NCBI GenBank assembly: GCA_022843325.1
Contig: JALHNV010000008.1
Location: forward strand, 5,665-69,664
DNA length: 64,000 nt
Direction: 5' to 3'
Origin: Pseudolabrys sp.
GTDB lineage: Bacteria > Pseudomonadota > Alphaproteobacteria > Rhizobiales > Xanthobacteraceae
Shown here: positions 1-9,295 of the stretch, one piece after another
Position numbering within the stretch: position 1 is the first letter of the stretch
Layout of the letters: the number at the start of each line of letters is the position of its first letter
Made by a program: the position numbers and the translations under genes
The notes under the pieces: model-generated
What the model was told of the DNA's origin: nothing
The model's database searches: none
Seen by the model: the letters and a program-made list of their open reading frames with translations, nothing else

Positions 1-733
1 CGGGACGCTGCGGCCCCTCGCCCGGCGAAATCCACACCAGCTTGCCGCCCGGCTTGAGGACCTTGTACGAGCGCGCCCGCACGTCGGCGCCGCCGACGGT
101 GTCGTAGACCACATCGCAGATCGGCCCGATCGCGGTGAAGTCCTCCTTGTTGTAGTCGATCACCTTGTCGGCGCCGAGGCCACGCACGTAGTCGTGGTTG
201 CCGGCGCTGGCGGTGGCGATGACGGTGGCGCCGAGATACTTGGCGAGTTGCACGGCGAAGCCGGCGACGCCGCCCGCGGCGCCCTGGACCAGGATCGTCT
301 GGCCGGCGCGGAGCTGGGCGCTGGTTTCGATGCCGGCAATCGCGGTGATGCTGATCAGGCCGAGCGCGGCCGCTTCCGCATGGCTCAGCGACGCGGGCTT
401 CAGCGCCACCAGGTCCGCTTGCACCGCCACCTTCTCGGCATAGGTGCCTTCGACGCCCTGCGCCAGCACGCCGAACACCGCGTCGCCGACCTTCAGATCG
501 GTCACGCCGGGGCCGACTTCGCTGACCAGGCCGGAAAAGTCGCGGCCGAGAATGTGCGGGAATTTGGTGAGCTTGTAGATGCCATTGCCGCGCCGGACCT
601 TGGGGTCGGCGCCATTGATGCTGGCGGCGTGAATGTCGACCACGACTTCGCCGGCACCGGCGACCGGGTCCGGCGCCTCGCCGTAGGTCATCAGTTCGGT
701 GCCGCCATGGCCGTTGAGGAGGATCGCCTTCAT
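1..733 (-). CDS. NADP-dependent oxidoreductase, zinc-free MDR/quinone oxidoreductase family (3' end runs off window)
   Basis: Manual translation from ATG at 733: MKAILLNGHGG...VHAASINGAD-like segment, GRDFSG, TILVQGAAGGV nucleotide-binding motif. Not in ORF track because it is truncated. Confidence 0.85.
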   Translation of the reverse strand, partial: MKAILLNGHGGTELMTYGEAPDPVAGAGEVVVDIHAASINGADPKVRRGNGIYKLTKFPHILGRDFSGLVSEVGPGVTDLKVGDAVFGVLAQGVEGTYAEKVAVQADLVALKPASLSHAEAAALGLISITAIAGIETSAQLRAGQTILVQGAAGGVAGFAVQLAKYLGATVIATASAGNHDYVRGLGADKVIDYNKEDFTAIGPICDVVYDTVGGADVRARSYKVLKPGGKLVWISPGEGPQRP

Positions 734-937
734 GAAAAGTACCTTTCTTGCGCTATTCGGGCGCGACTTAAACCCGCCTCGCACGCCGCGGTCCAGTGCC
801 GCGACGGCACAGGCACACGCGTGATACCGGCTTTGGTCTTAGGCGCCGGGCGCTTGAGGTTTGGAACCGCCCGCTTATGTGCGGTGTCTTACGGCCAATC
901 GACGCGTGGGGGAAGTTCACCCCCGAAAGGATCAGAA

Positions 938-2017
938 ATGTCGCTGTTGTTTTCCGAAGCCAAACTGGGCTCGCTGCCATTGCAAAACCATCTGGTGATG
1001 TCGCCGCTGACGCGCAGCCGCGCCATCGGCAATATCCCGAACGATCTCATGGTCGAGTACTACCGCCAGCGCGCCTCCGCCGGGCTGATCATCACCGAAG
1101 GCACATCGCCCTCGCCCAACGGCCTTGGCTATGCGCGCATCCCGGGCATTTTCTCGGACGAACAGGTCGCCGGCTGGAAGAAGGTTACCGACGCGGTTCA
1201 CGCCGGCGGCGCCAGGATATTCGTGCAGCTGATGCACACCGGCCGCATCGGCCATCCGCTCAACCTGCCGGCCGGCGCCCGCGTGCTGGCGCCGTCGGCC
1301 GTTGCCGCCGCCGGCCAGATGTTCACCGATGCCGAGGGCATGAAGCCGCATCCGACCCCGGTCGCCATGACGGAAGCCGATCTCGCCGCGACCAAGGCGG
1401 AATTCGTCACGGCGGCGACCAACGCCGTCAAAGCCGGCTTCGACGGCATCGAACTGCATGCCGCCAACGGCTATCTGCTGGAGCAGTTCATCCGGCCGAA
1501 TTCCAACACGCGCACCGATCAATACGGCGGCACCATCGAGAACCGCGCGCGTTTCGTTCTCGAAGTCGTCGAGGCGACCATCGCGGCCATCGGCAAGGAC
1601 AAGGTCGGCATCCGCCTGTCGCCGTTCGGCGTATTCAACGACATGCCGAGCTATCCCGAAATGGAATCGGACTACGCCTATCTGGCCGAGAAGCTGAACG
1701 CGTCGGGATTGGCCTACATCCATCTGGTCGATCACTCGGCGCAAGGCGCGCCGGTTGTACCCGACTCCATCAAGGCGACGTTCCGCAACACCTTCAAGCG
1801 CACGCTGATCCTGTCGGGCGGCTACGACGCCGCGCGCGCGGAGAAGGACCTGGCCGACGGCAAAGGCGATCTGGTCGCCTTCGGCAAGGCGTTTCTGGCC
1901 AACCCGGATCTGGTCGCGCGCTGGAAGAAAGGCGCGCCGCTGAACGCCTTCGACGCCAGCACCTTCTATACGCCGGGCCCGAAGGGCTATACCGATTACC
2001 CGACGATGGCCGCCTAG
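938..2017 (+). CDS. Alkene reductase, old yellow enzyme/NemA family
   Basis: MSPLTRSRA, IELHAANGYLLEQF, RTDQYGG and GYTDYP motifs; ATG at 938 after GAAAGGA. The 194 start in the ORF track is a spurious extension. Confidence 0.92.
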   Translation: MSLLFSEAKLGSLPLQNHLVMSPLTRSRAIGNIPNDLMVEYYRQRASAGLIITEGTSPSPNGLGYARIPGIFSDEQVAGWKKVTDAVHAGGARIFVQLMHTGRIGHPLNLPAGARVLAPSAVAAAGQMFTDAEGMKPHPTPVAMTEADLAATKAEFVTAATNAVKAGFDGIELHAANGYLLEQFIRPNSNTRTDQYGGTIENRARFVLEVVEATIAAIGKDKVGIRLSPFGVFNDMPSYPEMESDYAYLAEKLNASGLAYIHLVDHSAQGAPVVPDSIKATFRNTFKRTLILSGGYDAARAEKDLADGKGDLVAFGKAFLANPDLVARWKKGAPLNAFDASTFYTPGPKGYTDYPTMAA

Positions 2018-2023
2018 CGATAA

Positions 2024-2056
2024 CGCGTGGCGTGAGCTGCCCGCTCACGCCACGCG
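2024..2056. terminator. 14-bp perfect hairpin after the alkene reductase stop (terminator or mRNA stabiliser)
   Basis: CGCGTGGCGTGAGC-tgccc-GCTCACGCCACGCG; no U-tract. Confidence 0.4.
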
Positions 2057-2095
2057 ACCCTCAAAGAGGGCGGCCGCACGCGTTGGAAGGTCGCC

Positions 2096-2773
2096 ATGAT
2101 TCCCTGGATCCATCTCGATACCGCCCAAGTCCCCGGCGGCGGCGATCCGCTGCACCTGAAGCAGCGCGGGTCGGAGTTCAAGATTTCGCTCGGCACGCAG
2201 GAGCTGATGAGCAGCCGCCTGAGCGCGACCGAGCAGGCGCTGGCGACCATCGGCTGCGAGCCGATCCGCGGCCGCGACAAACCGCGCGTTCTGATCGGCG
2301 GCCTCGGCATGGGCTTCACCCTGCGCGCCGCGTTGATCGTTCTCGGCGAGAAGGCAGAGATCGTGGTTGCCGAACTGGTGCCGGCGGTGGTGGCCTGGGC
2401 GCGCGGCCCGATGGCCGACCTGTTCGGCACCAGCCTGACCGATCCGCGTGTCACCATCCGCGAAACCGATGTCGGCAAACTGATCCGGTCCGGCCGCGGC
2501 AAATACGACGCCATTCTGCTCGACGTCGATAACGGGCCCGAAGGGCTGACGCGCGAGGCCAACGATGCCCTCTACGATTTCGACGGCCTTGGCGCCGCCT
2601 ATGAGGCGCTGCGGCCCGGCGGCGTGCTGGCGGTGTGGTCGTCGGCGCCCGATCCGAAATTCACCGCGCGGCTGCACAAGACCGGCTTCGAGGTGAAGGA
2701 AATCCCGCTGCGCGCCAAGGGCCCGCGCGGCGGCGCCCGGCACTTCATCTGGACCGCGACCCGCGCGGCGTAA
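2096..2773 (+). CDS. Spermidine-synthase-like SAM-dependent methyltransferase-fold protein
   Basis: VLIGGLGMGFT (motif I), VAELVP, DAILLDVDNGP. Confidence 0.8.
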   Translation: MIPWIHLDTAQVPGGGDPLHLKQRGSEFKISLGTQELMSSRLSATEQALATIGCEPIRGRDKPRVLIGGLGMGFTLRAALIVLGEKAEIVVAELVPAVVAWARGPMADLFGTSLTDPRVTIRETDVGKLIRSGRGKYDAILLDVDNGPEGLTREANDALYDFDGLGAAYEALRPGGVLAVWSSAPDPKFTARLHKTGFEVKEIPLRAKGPRGGARHFIWTATRAA

Positions 2774-2790
2774 GACTTTCGTTCCGCGAT

Positions 2791-2815
2791 GGAACTCACT
2801 CCTCCCCCACGGGTT
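2791..2815 (+). promoter_or_regulatory. Putative EcfG (sigmaT/RpoE2) general-stress promoter
   Basis: GGAAC-N18-TT (GGAACtcactcctcccccacgggTT), 40 nt upstream of the 2856 ATG. Confidence 0.55.
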
Positions 2816-2855
2816 CATCCTGAGTTCCCGACAAGCAGGTGGTGGCGAGAGATCG

Positions 2856-3743
2856 ATGAAATTCGACTGTGTGATCATTGGCGGCGGGCCGGCGGGACTG
2901 ACCGCCGCCATTTATCTCGGGCGCTTCCGGCGCAAGGTGCTGGTGGTGGACGCCGGCCACAGCCGGGCGCTCTCCATCCCCACCAGCCACAATTATCCCG
3001 GCTTTGCCGATGGCATATCCGGGGCCGAACTGATGCGCGTGCTGCGCGAGCAGGCCGTCCAATACGGCGCGCAGCTCAAAACCGGACTGGTCTCACGGCT
3101 GACGCGGGACAACGATGGTTTTTCGCTCACCATCGACGGTGAGACGGTGACGTCGCCGCGCATTCTGCTGGCCACCGGCCTGAAGGATCACGCGCCGGAC
3201 ATGCCCGGTCTGCATCAGGCGGTGGCCGATACGTCGATCCGCTATTGCCCGGTCTGCGATGCCTATGAGGCGACCGACCTGAGTATTGCCGTGCACGGCT
3301 CGATCAAGGATGCCGAATCCAAGGCGCTGTTCATGCGCACCTACAGCCGCGACGTGACGCTGGTGCCGGATCACGATGACATCGACCGCGAGGCCCGCGC
3401 CCGGCTGGCGCAGGCCGGGGTTGCCGTCTCCGAGGCCGCCGCCGATATCCGGCCGATGGACGGCGGCATCCAGGTGGAACTGCGCAATGGCCACGCGTTG
3501 CAGTTCGACGTGCTGTATCCTGTGCTCGGCTGCGACGTTTATTCAGGCCTGGCGACGGGTCTCGGCGCGCGCAGCACCGATGTCGGCTGCGTGATCGTCG
3601 ACGACAAGCAGCAAACCAACATCGAGGGCCTCTACGCGGCCGGCGATGTGGTGTCCGACCTGCACCAGTTGAGCGTCGGCGCCGGACACGCCGCGATCGC
3701 CGCCACCGCGATCCACCGCAGCCTGCCGGCGAACTTCCGCTGA
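2856..3743 (+). CDS. NAD(P)/FAD-dependent oxidoreductase, thioredoxin-reductase-like
   Basis: [17 protein letters not shown] redox motif, GLYAAGD. Confidence 0.88.
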   Translation: MKFDCVIIGGGPAGLTAAIYLGRFRRKVLVVDAGHSRALSIPTSHNYPGFADGISGAELMRVLREQAVQYGAQLKTGLVSRLTRDNDGFSLTIDGETVTSPRILLATGLKDHAPDMPGLHQAVADTSIRYCPVCDAYEATDLSIAVHGSIKDAESKALFMRTYSRDVTLVPDHDDIDREARARLAQAGVAVSEAAADIRPMDGGIQVELRNGHALQFDVLYPVLGCDVYSGLATGLGARSTDVGCVIVDDKQQTNIEGLYAAGDVVSDLHQLSVGAGHAAIAATAIHRSLPANFR

Positions 3744-3754
3744 CACGGCGTCGC

Positions 3755-4570
3755 ATGAAGATCGCCACCTTCAACATCAACAACATCAACCGGCGGCTGC
3801 CAAACCTGCTGCACTGGCTGAAGACGGCGCGACCCGACATCGTCTGCCTGCAGGAATTGAAGGCGGCCGACGCCGCGTTTCCCGCAGCGGCGCTGACGAA
3901 GGCCGGCTACGCGGCTGTGTGGCGGGGGCAGCAGACCTGGAACGGCGTTGCCATTCTGTCGCGCGGCGCCGCGCCGATCGTCACCCGCACCGCTCTGCCG
4001 GGCGAACGCGACGACACCCAGAGCCGCTACATCGAGGCCGCGGTCGACGGCATCCTGGTTGGCTGCCTCTATCTGCCCAACGGCAATCCGCAGCCGGGAC
4101 CTAAATTCGATTACAAGCTCAAATGGTTCAAGCGCCTCGCGACGCATGCCAAGCGCCTGTTGCGCGAGGGCGTGCCGGTCGTGCTGGCCGGCGACTACAA
4201 CGTGGCACCGACCGAACTGGACATCTACGCCACCAAGTCGTGGAGCAACGATGCGCTGGTGCAGCCGGCGAGCCGCGCCGCTTACGCGAATCTGGTCAAG
4301 CAAGGCTGGACCGACGCCATCCGCACGCTGCATCCGGACGAACCCATGTTCACGTTCTGGCATTACATGCGCAACCGCTGGCCGCGCGACGCCGGCCTGC
4401 GGCTTGATCATCTGCTGCTGAGCCCGGCGCTTGCCGCACGCCTTGTCGACGCCGGCGTCGACCGGGCGGTGCGCGGCCGGCCAGACGCCAGCGATCACGC
4501 GCCGGCATGGGTGGAGCTGAGCGATGGCCGCCGCCCGCGAACCAAAAAAGCGGTGAAGAAGCGGCGTTAA
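3755..4570 (+). CDS. xth: Exodeoxyribonuclease III (AP endonuclease)
   Basis: MKIATFNIN, CLQELK, YLPNGNP, GDYN, RLDHLL, SDHAP. Confidence 0.93.
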   Translation: MKIATFNINNINRRLPNLLHWLKTARPDIVCLQELKAADAAFPAAALTKAGYAAVWRGQQTWNGVAILSRGAAPIVTRTALPGERDDTQSRYIEAAVDGILVGCLYLPNGNPQPGPKFDYKLKWFKRLATHAKRLLREGVPVVLAGDYNVAPTELDIYATKSWSNDALVQPASRAAYANLVKQGWTDAIRTLHPDEPMFTFWHYMRNRWPRDAGLRLDHLLLSPALAARLVDAGVDRAVRGRPDASDHAPAWVELSDGRRPRTKKAVKKRR

Positions 4571-6000
4571 CGTGCCGCGCTCAGGCGCTGCCGCAAGGCA
4601 TCGCGATCGACCTTGCCGGTGCGCCCGAGCGGCAACTCGGTGCCGAAGTGATAGACGTCCGGCCGCTTGTAGGCCTCGACGCGCTCGGTGACCCAGCGGC
4701 GCAATTCCTTTTCGTCGATGGCCTCGGCGCGCGGCACGATCAGCACGTGAATCCGTTCGCCCGCGATCTCGTCGGCGACACCGACGGTCAGCGCCGCCGC
4801 CACCGCCGGATGCTGTGCTAGTACGCCGTCGAGTTCGAGCGGCGACACCTTGGCGCCGGCGCGCGCGATCAGGTCCTTGCTGCGGCCGACCAGTTCCGGC
4901 GTACCGTCCGGCTTCAGCCGCGCCATATCGCCGGTGCGGAAATATCCGTCGGCGAAGGCGGCCGCGGTCAGCGCCGGCTGGTCGAGATAGCCGTTCATGA
5001 TAAAGGGCGTCAGGATCTGCAACTCCCCGGCCTCGCCCGCCGGCACTTCGCGGCCTTGCGCATCGGCAATGCGAAATTTTTCGCTTTGCGAGATGCGGCC
5101 GATGCCGCTGGCGAAGGCCCCACCTTTCGCGGTCGGCAGGAAGAAATCGGAACTGGCGGTCTCCGTGAGGCCGTAGATGTCGGTGATCGCCGCGGTCGGC
5201 AGCAGTTCGGCGATGCGCTGGCCGAGCGCCGGGCTGAACGGTTCGCCGCCGGTGTGGATGCGGGTCAGCGCGAGACCGCCGCGCAACGGCGAACGCACCG
5301 CCGCCTCGGTCGCCAGCAGCTTGCGCAACATGGTCGGCACGAACGCGGCGTCGGTGATGCGCTGCGCGGCGAGATCATCGATCAGCGTCGCCGCGTCGAA
5401 GCGCGCGCGCATGACGACGCTGCCGCCCGTCAGCAAAGTCAGCAGCGTGAACCAGATGCCGAAGATGAAGGTGATCTGGAGCACCAGCAGCGCCCGCGTC
5501 GCCGGCGTGAATTTCAGATGGCTGTCGATCTCCTGCAGCTTGCGGGCGAAGGCGTCGTGACCGATCACCACGCCCTTGGGCGCGCCGGTCGAGCCCGACG
5601 TGAAGATGATGAGCGCCGCGTCTTTCAGCAGCGGGCGCTCCGGCGGCGGCGGATGGTCGCCGATGCGCAGCGCCCGGCCGTCCAGCAGCATGATGCGCGC
5701 CTGCGCCGCGCTGCGCGTCACCTCGGTCGCCACCGGCGGCGCGTCGCGGCTGACGGGCACCACCACGCCGCCGGCGGCCCAGACGCCGAGAAAGGCGGCA
5801 ATGTCCGCCGGCGCATTGGCGATCGGCACCAGCACCGGCTCGTCGGCGCGCAGGCCCTGCACCCGCAGCGCTTCGGCGATCGTCCGCGCGCTGGCGGCGA
5901 GTTCGGCATAGCTGAGACAATACTCGCCGCCGTCGAGGGCGGCGGCATCGCCGAATGTCTCGCAAGCCGCGAACAGCCGCGCATCGAGCCGTTCGGTCAT
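4567..6000 (-). CDS. Class I adenylate-forming enzyme (acyl-CoA synthetase/AMP-binding)
   Basis: FTSGSTGAPKG, YGLTET, FRTGD, GRSKD motifs; ATGA overlap with upstream hydratase. Confidence 0.88.
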   Translation of the reverse strand: MTERLDARLFAACETFGDAAALDGGEYCLSYAELAASARTIAEALRVQGLRADEPVLVPIANAPADIAAFLGVWAAGGVVVPVSRDAPPVATEVTRSAAQARIMLLDGRALRIGDHPPPPERPLLKDAALIIFTSGSTGAPKGVVIGHDAFARKLQEIDSHLKFTPATRALLVLQITFIFGIWFTLLTLLTGGSVVMRARFDAATLIDDLAAQRITDAAFVPTMLRKLLATEAAVRSPLRGGLALTRIHTGGEPFSPALGQRIAELLPTAAITDIYGLTETASSDFFLPTAKGGAFASGIGRISQSEKFRIADAQGREVPAGEAGELQILTPFIMNGYLDQPALTAAAFADGYFRTGDMARLKPDGTPELVGRSKDLIARAGAKVSPLELDGVLAQHPAVAAALTVGVADEIAGERIHVLIVPRAEAIDEKELRRWVTERVEAYKRPDVYHFGTELPLGRTGKVDRDALRQRLSAAR

Positions 6001-6812
6001 GGCGCGAACCGCGCGTCGCGCCAGGCGATCGCCGCGCGCAAGCCATCGCGCCGCGCGATCTCCATGAAGCGCTGCTTGTCGGCGGAGCCTTCACCTTCGA
6101 TGGCGAGATCGATGTCGAGCGCTTCATCGAGGGCTTCGGTCAGCCCCATGATCTCGAACTGCCGGTTGATGGCGCGCTTGGTGTGCTGCACCAGCGACGG
6201 ATCTATCACAGCGATATGCTTGGCCATCGCCATCGCCGCCGCCTCGACTTCGGCCGGCGGCACCACACGATTGATCAGACCGATCGCATGCGCTTCCTTG
6301 GCCGGGATGCGGTCGGCACCGGTCAGGATGATTTCCTTGGCACGCTTGGGTCCGACCAGCCACGGCAGGATCATCACGACGATGCCGGCGCCGAACTTCA
6401 GCTCCGGCTCGCCGAAGGTCGCATCGTCGGCGGCGATGGTGATGTCGCAGCACAATGCCAGCTCGCAGCCGCCGGCCAGACAATAGCCGTTGACGGCGGC
6501 GATGGTCGGCTTCTTCAGCGACCAGAACCGCTTCACCGCCTGGAAGTCGCGGTCGAGAATCTCGCGCCATTGCGCGGCGCCAGAGGGCTGCGTCGCCATC
6601 TGCTCCTTGAGGTCGAAACCGGACGAGAAATTCCCGCCGGCGCCCTTGACCACCAGCACCCGCACGGCGGCGGCGGCCTCGACGATATCGAGGGCGTCCT
6701 GCAATTCCCCCAGCATCTGCTTGTTGATGGCGTTGAGGCGCTGCGGCCGGTTCAGTGTCAGCACCGCCACCGGCTGATCGGCTTGCAGTTCGATCGTCTG
6801 GAATTCCGCCAT
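5997..6812 (-). CDS. Enoyl-CoA hydratase/isomerase family protein
   Basis: LTLNRPQRLNA, FSSGFDL, GGCELALCCD, FGEPE. Confidence 0.9.
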   Translation of the reverse strand: MAEFQTIELQADQPVAVLTLNRPQRLNAINKQMLGELQDALDIVEAAAAVRVLVVKGAGGNFSSGFDLKEQMATQPSGAAQWREILDRDFQAVKRFWSLKKPTIAAVNGYCLAGGCELALCCDITIAADDATFGEPELKFGAGIVVMILPWLVGPKRAKEIILTGADRIPAKEAHAIGLINRVVPPAEVEAAAMAMAKHIAVIDPSLVQHTKRAINRQFEIMGLTEALDEALDIDLAIEGEGSADKQRFMEIARRDGLRAAIAWRDARFAP

Positions 6813-6966
6813 TCGTACAGCGCCCCGGCCTTGCGTGAGCGAGAACGATAGCAAGGGGCCCACCGGCTAACAATGCGGGCAAAACGCCCGGTCTTATTCG
6901 GGGGCCACCCTCGCCAAATCGCCGTAAAGACCCTATCTGATGAGGAACCCAAGCTGCGGAGCCGCC

Positions 6967-8391
6967 ATGACAGACCCTGCCCTCTCCTCCTTGATCGACC
7001 GCGCCGGTCTCGACAAAAGCAAGGTCCGCCAGATCATCGGCCGCGGCCTGGAAGGCGCCGACGATGGCGAGCTGTTCCTTGAATATCGGCAGGCGGAAGT
7101 GCTGGCTTTCGACAACGGCCGGCTCAAGCAGGCGACCTACGACACGGCGCAAGGTTTCGGTCTGCGCGCGGTCAAGGACGAAGCGGTTGGCTATGCGCAC
7201 GCCTCCGATTTGTCGGAAGGCGCGCTGGCCCGCGCCGCCGAAGCGGTGCGCGCCGTCAAAGGCGGCCACAGCGGCAAATATGCCGAGGCGCCCGGCCGCA
7301 CCAACCAGAAACTCTACAGCGATGAAAACCCGCTCGGCGAGCCGTCCTTCGAAACCAAGGTGAAGCTGCTGGAGCAGATCGACGCCTATGCGCGCGCCAA
7401 GGATCCGCGCGTACGGCAGGTCACCGCCAGCGTCGCCGCGACGTGGCAGGTCGTCGAAATCCTGCGCGCCGACGGCGAGAGCTATCGCGATGTGCGCCCG
7501 CTGGTTCGCCTGAACGTCTCGGTCGTGACCGGCGACGGCGACCGCCAGGAAAGCGGCAGTCATGGTTTTGGCGGCCGCGAAGGCTATGCGCGTTTCATCG
7601 AAACGCATTCATGGCAAGGTGCGGTCGACGAAGCCGTGCGTCAGGCGCTGGTCAATCTCGACGCGGTCGCCGCCCCGGCCGGCGAAATGGACGTGGTGCT
7701 CGGCGCCGGCTGGCCCGGCGTCATGCTGCACGAAGCGGTCGGGCACGGTCTCGAAGGCGACTTCAACCGCAAGAAGACATCGGCCTTTGCCGGCCTGATG
7801 GGCCAGCGCGTCGCCGCCAAGGGCGTCACCGTGGTCGACGACGGCACCATGCAGTCGCGGCGCGGCTCGCTCTCCATCGACGACGAAGGCACGCCCACCA
7901 ACCGCACGACGCTGATCGAGGACGGCATCCTGGTCGGCTACATGCAGGACCGCCAGAACGCGCGGCTGATGGGCATGAAGCCGACCGGCAACGGGCGTCG
8001 CGAATCTCACGCGCACGTGCCGATGCCGCGCATGACCAACACCTACATGCTGGCCGGCGGACACGAGCCGGCCGAGATCATCGCCTCGGTGAAGAACGGC
8101 CTCTACGCCGTCAGCTTCGGCGGCGGCCAGGTCGACATCACCTCGGGCAAATACGTGTTCCAGTGCACCGAGGCCTACAAGATCGAGAACGGCAAGGTCA
8201 CGGCGCCCGTCAAAGGCGCCATGCTGATCGGCAACGGGCCGACCGACCTGCACCGCATCTCGATGATCGGCAACGACTTCGCGCTCGACCCCGGCATCGG
8301 CACCTGCGGCAAGAACGGCCAGGGCGTGCCGGTCGGCGTCGGTCAGCCCAGCCTGCGCATGGACCGGATCACCGTCGGCGGCACGGCGTAG
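6967..8391 (+). CDS. tldD: Metalloprotease TldD
   Basis: HEAVGHGLEGDFNRK, PMPRMTNTYM, terminal CGKNGQGVPVGVGQPSLR. Confidence 0.95.
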   Translation: MTDPALSSLIDRAGLDKSKVRQIIGRGLEGADDGELFLEYRQAEVLAFDNGRLKQATYDTAQGFGLRAVKDEAVGYAHASDLSEGALARAAEAVRAVKGGHSGKYAEAPGRTNQKLYSDENPLGEPSFETKVKLLEQIDAYARAKDPRVRQVTASVAATWQVVEILRADGESYRDVRPLVRLNVSVVTGDGDRQESGSHGFGGREGYARFIETHSWQGAVDEAVRQALVNLDAVAAPAGEMDVVLGAGWPGVMLHEAVGHGLEGDFNRKKTSAFAGLMGQRVAAKGVTVVDDGTMQSRRGSLSIDDEGTPTNRTTLIEDGILVGYMQDRQNARLMGMKPTGNGRRESHAHVPMPRMTNTYMLAGGHEPAEIIASVKNGLYAVSFGGGQVDITSGKYVFQCTEAYKIENGKVTAPVKGAMLIGNGPTDLHRISMIGNDFALDPGIGTCGKNGQGVPVGVGQPSLRMDRITVGGTA

Positions 8392-8883
8392 CTAAAAATA
8401 CGCAATCGCCCGGCCGCAGATCGCCACCGCCAGCCAGATCGTCAGCGACAGGATGCCGGCCGTGCGCGCCGCCGCAGGCAGCGGCGCGAGTGGCGGCAGA
8501 TGACGTATCCGGGGCGCGGTGACCCATTCGAACACCGCGATGTTGATCAGCCCGAGCGCGATCAGGCCGAGCTTGATCAGGAAGACCGCGTTCATGATGA
8601 CGTGGCTGGCTTCGGCCGCGAACAGCACGAATCCGGACAGGACCAGGCCTGCGAAAGCCGCCATGGCGGCAGTGCGCGCGCCGCGCAACACGCGGCCCGG
8701 CGCGGTCGCGGCGAACAGCCCCGTCATGCGCAGGTCCATCACGGCGATGGCGCCGGCAAAGCAAACCAGCGCAACGATGTGGCCGACATTGGCCACTGGA
8801 TAGGCCCACAGCGACTGGCGGATACCCGCCGCGAAGTCCGATTGCTCGAGAGCGACGAAAACCGCGGGCGCGCTGTCCAGCAT
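8392..8883 (-). CDS. Four-TM membrane protein, DUF6644-like
   Basis: Hydrophobic segments, YPVANVGHIV and FLIKLGLI pattern; family assignment from memory. Confidence 0.65.
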   Translation of the reverse strand: MLDSAPAVFVALEQSDFAAGIRQSLWAYPVANVGHIVALVCFAGAIAVMDLRMTGLFAATAPGRVLRGARTAAMAAFAGLVLSGFVLFAAEASHVIMNAVFLIKLGLIALGLINIAVFEWVTAPRIRHLPPLAPLPAAARTAGILSLTIWLAVAICGRAIAYF

Positions 8884-8886
8884 CGG

Positions 8887-9249
8887 CTAGCGCATCTCGT
8901 AGGACTTGCCGTCGACGGTGATGCGCTCGGCCCGCATCTCGTCCTTCTCCACGGTCGACGGATAGCCGTAGACCGTCACCGTCTTGCCGACCGCAATCAG
9001 GGGCGCCATCGCTCCCCGGTTGTTCATGCGCGCCGTCGGCGCCAGCGTCGCGGTCCAGACCTTATCGCTGGCCTTGATCTGGATGGTGGCGTGCGGATTC
9101 TCGTACTTCGAGGTGACGATGGGTCCGGTCACCGTGACCGGCTTGCTGGCGTCATAGCTGCCCCAGCCGTGATGCGCGAGCGCCGGGCCGGCGGCCAGGC
9201 CGGCGGCGACCGCCAGCAGAACAATGCGTCTGGTGAGGGTCTTCGACAT
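8887..9249 (-). CDS. Secreted protein, DUF6152-like
   Basis: Signal peptide ending ALA|HHGWGSYD, NPH motif; ATG at 9249 after AGGAGA. Confidence 0.7.
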   Translation of the reverse strand: MSKTLTRRIVLLAVAAGLAAGPALAHHGWGSYDASKPVTVTGPIVTSKYENPHATIQIKASDKVWTATLAPTARMNNRGAMAPLIAVGKTVTVYGYPSTVEKDEMRAERITVDGKSYEMR

Positions 9250-9295
9250 TGACGTCTCCTGGCGTGACAGTGCCGATTGCACGGCGTGAATTGCG

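Noticed and set aside
863-890. EcfG promoter upstream of the alkene reductase
   Set aside because: GGAAC is present but no TT/CGTT at the required spacing; another ECF sigma cannot be supported from sequence alone.
194-937. N-terminal 248 aa of the 607-aa track ORF
   Set aside because: Antisense shadow of the minus-strand oxidoreductase; the real gene starts at 938 with an RBS.
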